Source: a virus (Duplodnaviria > Caudoviricetes). From it: a DNA stretch of 54,541 bases. The stretch covers positions 1 to 54,541 of IMG/VR virus record IMGVR_UViG_3300021420_000043, one strand, 5' to 3'. The notes under the pieces are model-generated. The model did not search any database. It saw nothing but the letters and a program-made list of their open reading frames with translations, and was not told where the DNA came from. Each line of letters starts with the position of its first letter. Position 1 is the stretch's first letter. Below are positions 53,860 through 54,541 of the stretch, in pieces. The position numbers and the translations under genes were made by a program.

Positions 53860-54032
53860 CAGGCGCGCTCCGGATCGTGCGCGTCTGCATTGTTGTCGCC
53901 TTCACAGCAATAGGCGATGCCGCTGCCTTGACAGCGCGGGCACGGCACGGTCTGCCTGCGGCGACCGTCGCGGTAGTACGTATCATCAGAGACTTTGAAC
54001 GTGCCGTCGCCGTCGCATTGCGGACAGATCAT
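53859..54032 (-). CDS. Small DnaJ-type Zn-finger protein
   Basis: CPQCDGDG...CPRCQGSG...YCCEG. Confidence 0.7.
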   Translation of the reverse strand: MICPQCDGDGTFKVSDDTYYRDGRRRQTVPCPRCQGSGIAYCCEGDNNADAHDPERA

Positions 54033-54238
54033 TGCCGAGACTCCCATGCCACCATGGCGTCGCTCATTTCATCGATCTGGCTTTGCAGCGCGTCGCGCAT
54101 GGCCTGGCGGATCAGCGGATCGATGTTGCTGCGCTGATCGGCCTGGGCGTCCGGCTGCGCCAGTAGCTCCATCCGAAATTGCTCGATCCAGTGCTTTGTG
54201 ATCTGGTACTGGCGCTCGCTTCTGATGTTTTGCTGCAT
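54029..54238 (-). CDS. Helical-hairpin protein resembling the N-terminal domain of some XRE regulators
   Basis: IRSERQYQITK...ALQSQIDEM. Confidence 0.6.
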   Translation of the reverse strand: MQQNIRSERQYQITKHWIEQFRMELLAQPDAQADQRSNIDPLIRQAMRDALQSQIDEMSDAMVAWESRQ

Positions 54239-54339
54239 CGCGCTTGCCCTTGGCCTGCCGCTTTTCATTCTCGACAGCCTGGTCGATGCGCATCTGCGCC
54301 AAGGCGTCGAGTTTCGGGGTCGGGTTGGCCATACGGTTA

Positions 54340-54369
54340 TTTATACGTACCCAAGTGCTGCCGCGTCAA
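54340..54369 (-). promoter_or_regulatory. sigma70-type promoter of the leftward accessory operon
   Basis: TTGACG-18 nt-TATAAA, 7 nt before ATG 54332. Confidence 0.6.
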
Positions 54370-54426
54370 CGCACAGATGAATTAAATCGTTCATTTCACA
54401 GGGTATTTCACCGGCCTTTATGCCCC

Positions 54427-54455
54427 TTGATTACTTAGCCCAAGTGGCTTACATG
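54427..54455 (+). promoter_or_regulatory. Divergent sigma70-type promoter
   Basis: TTGATT-17 nt-TACATG upstream of a truncated ORF (ATG 54462/54474). Confidence 0.45.
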
Positions 54456-54541
54456 TGGACCATGGGAGATACCATGACCACGCACCCGCACTGGACCGAA
54501 ATCACCGACCTGCCGGCGTTCCTGCGACTCGATACGCCAGA

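Noticed and set aside
1-54541. Genome-wide stop-codon reassignment
   Set aside because: TAG, TAA and TGA each end genes that are followed by proper starts; the two internal stops are different codons; no suppressor tRNA seen

Overview
A 54.5 kb, high-GC fragment of a tailed phage or prophage with a contractile tail (sheath gene at the left edge). The host is probably alphaproteobacterial (inferred from gene families and the A29:U41 initiator tRNA). Positions 1-36.7 kb are a minus-strand packaging and late region. In reading order it holds TerS, TerL, a sigma70 promoter with an immediate terminator, an initiator tRNA and HNH gene, an 11 kb fibre module with two very Ala/Arg-rich 20-aa-repeat proteins, and an atypical lysis-like block (holin-like gene, lipoproteins, papain-like peptidase). 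These are followed by a ParA-like ATPase, portal, a large multidomain MuF minor head protein, protease/scaffold, major capsid, neck genes and tail sheath. Positions 36.8-54.5 kb are an accessory region of small genes: radical SAM, two methyltransferases, ParB-like, SLOG, MazG, NUDIX, and a run of small cassettes joined by repeated boundary sequences. The strongest novel-system candidates are: (i) a MuF protein with JAB and RelA/SpoT-like domains plus a convergent, independently promoted candidate immunity gene; (ii) the repeat-fibre module between terminase and portal; (iii) a ParB/methyltransferase/radical SAM DNA-modification set; (iv) the boundary-repeat cassette array; (v) several structured intergenic RNAs. 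Four apparent lesions (an ATC start, a frameshift, two in-frame stops) could be decay, sequencing error or recoding. All protein calls come from motif recognition by eye, with no database search.
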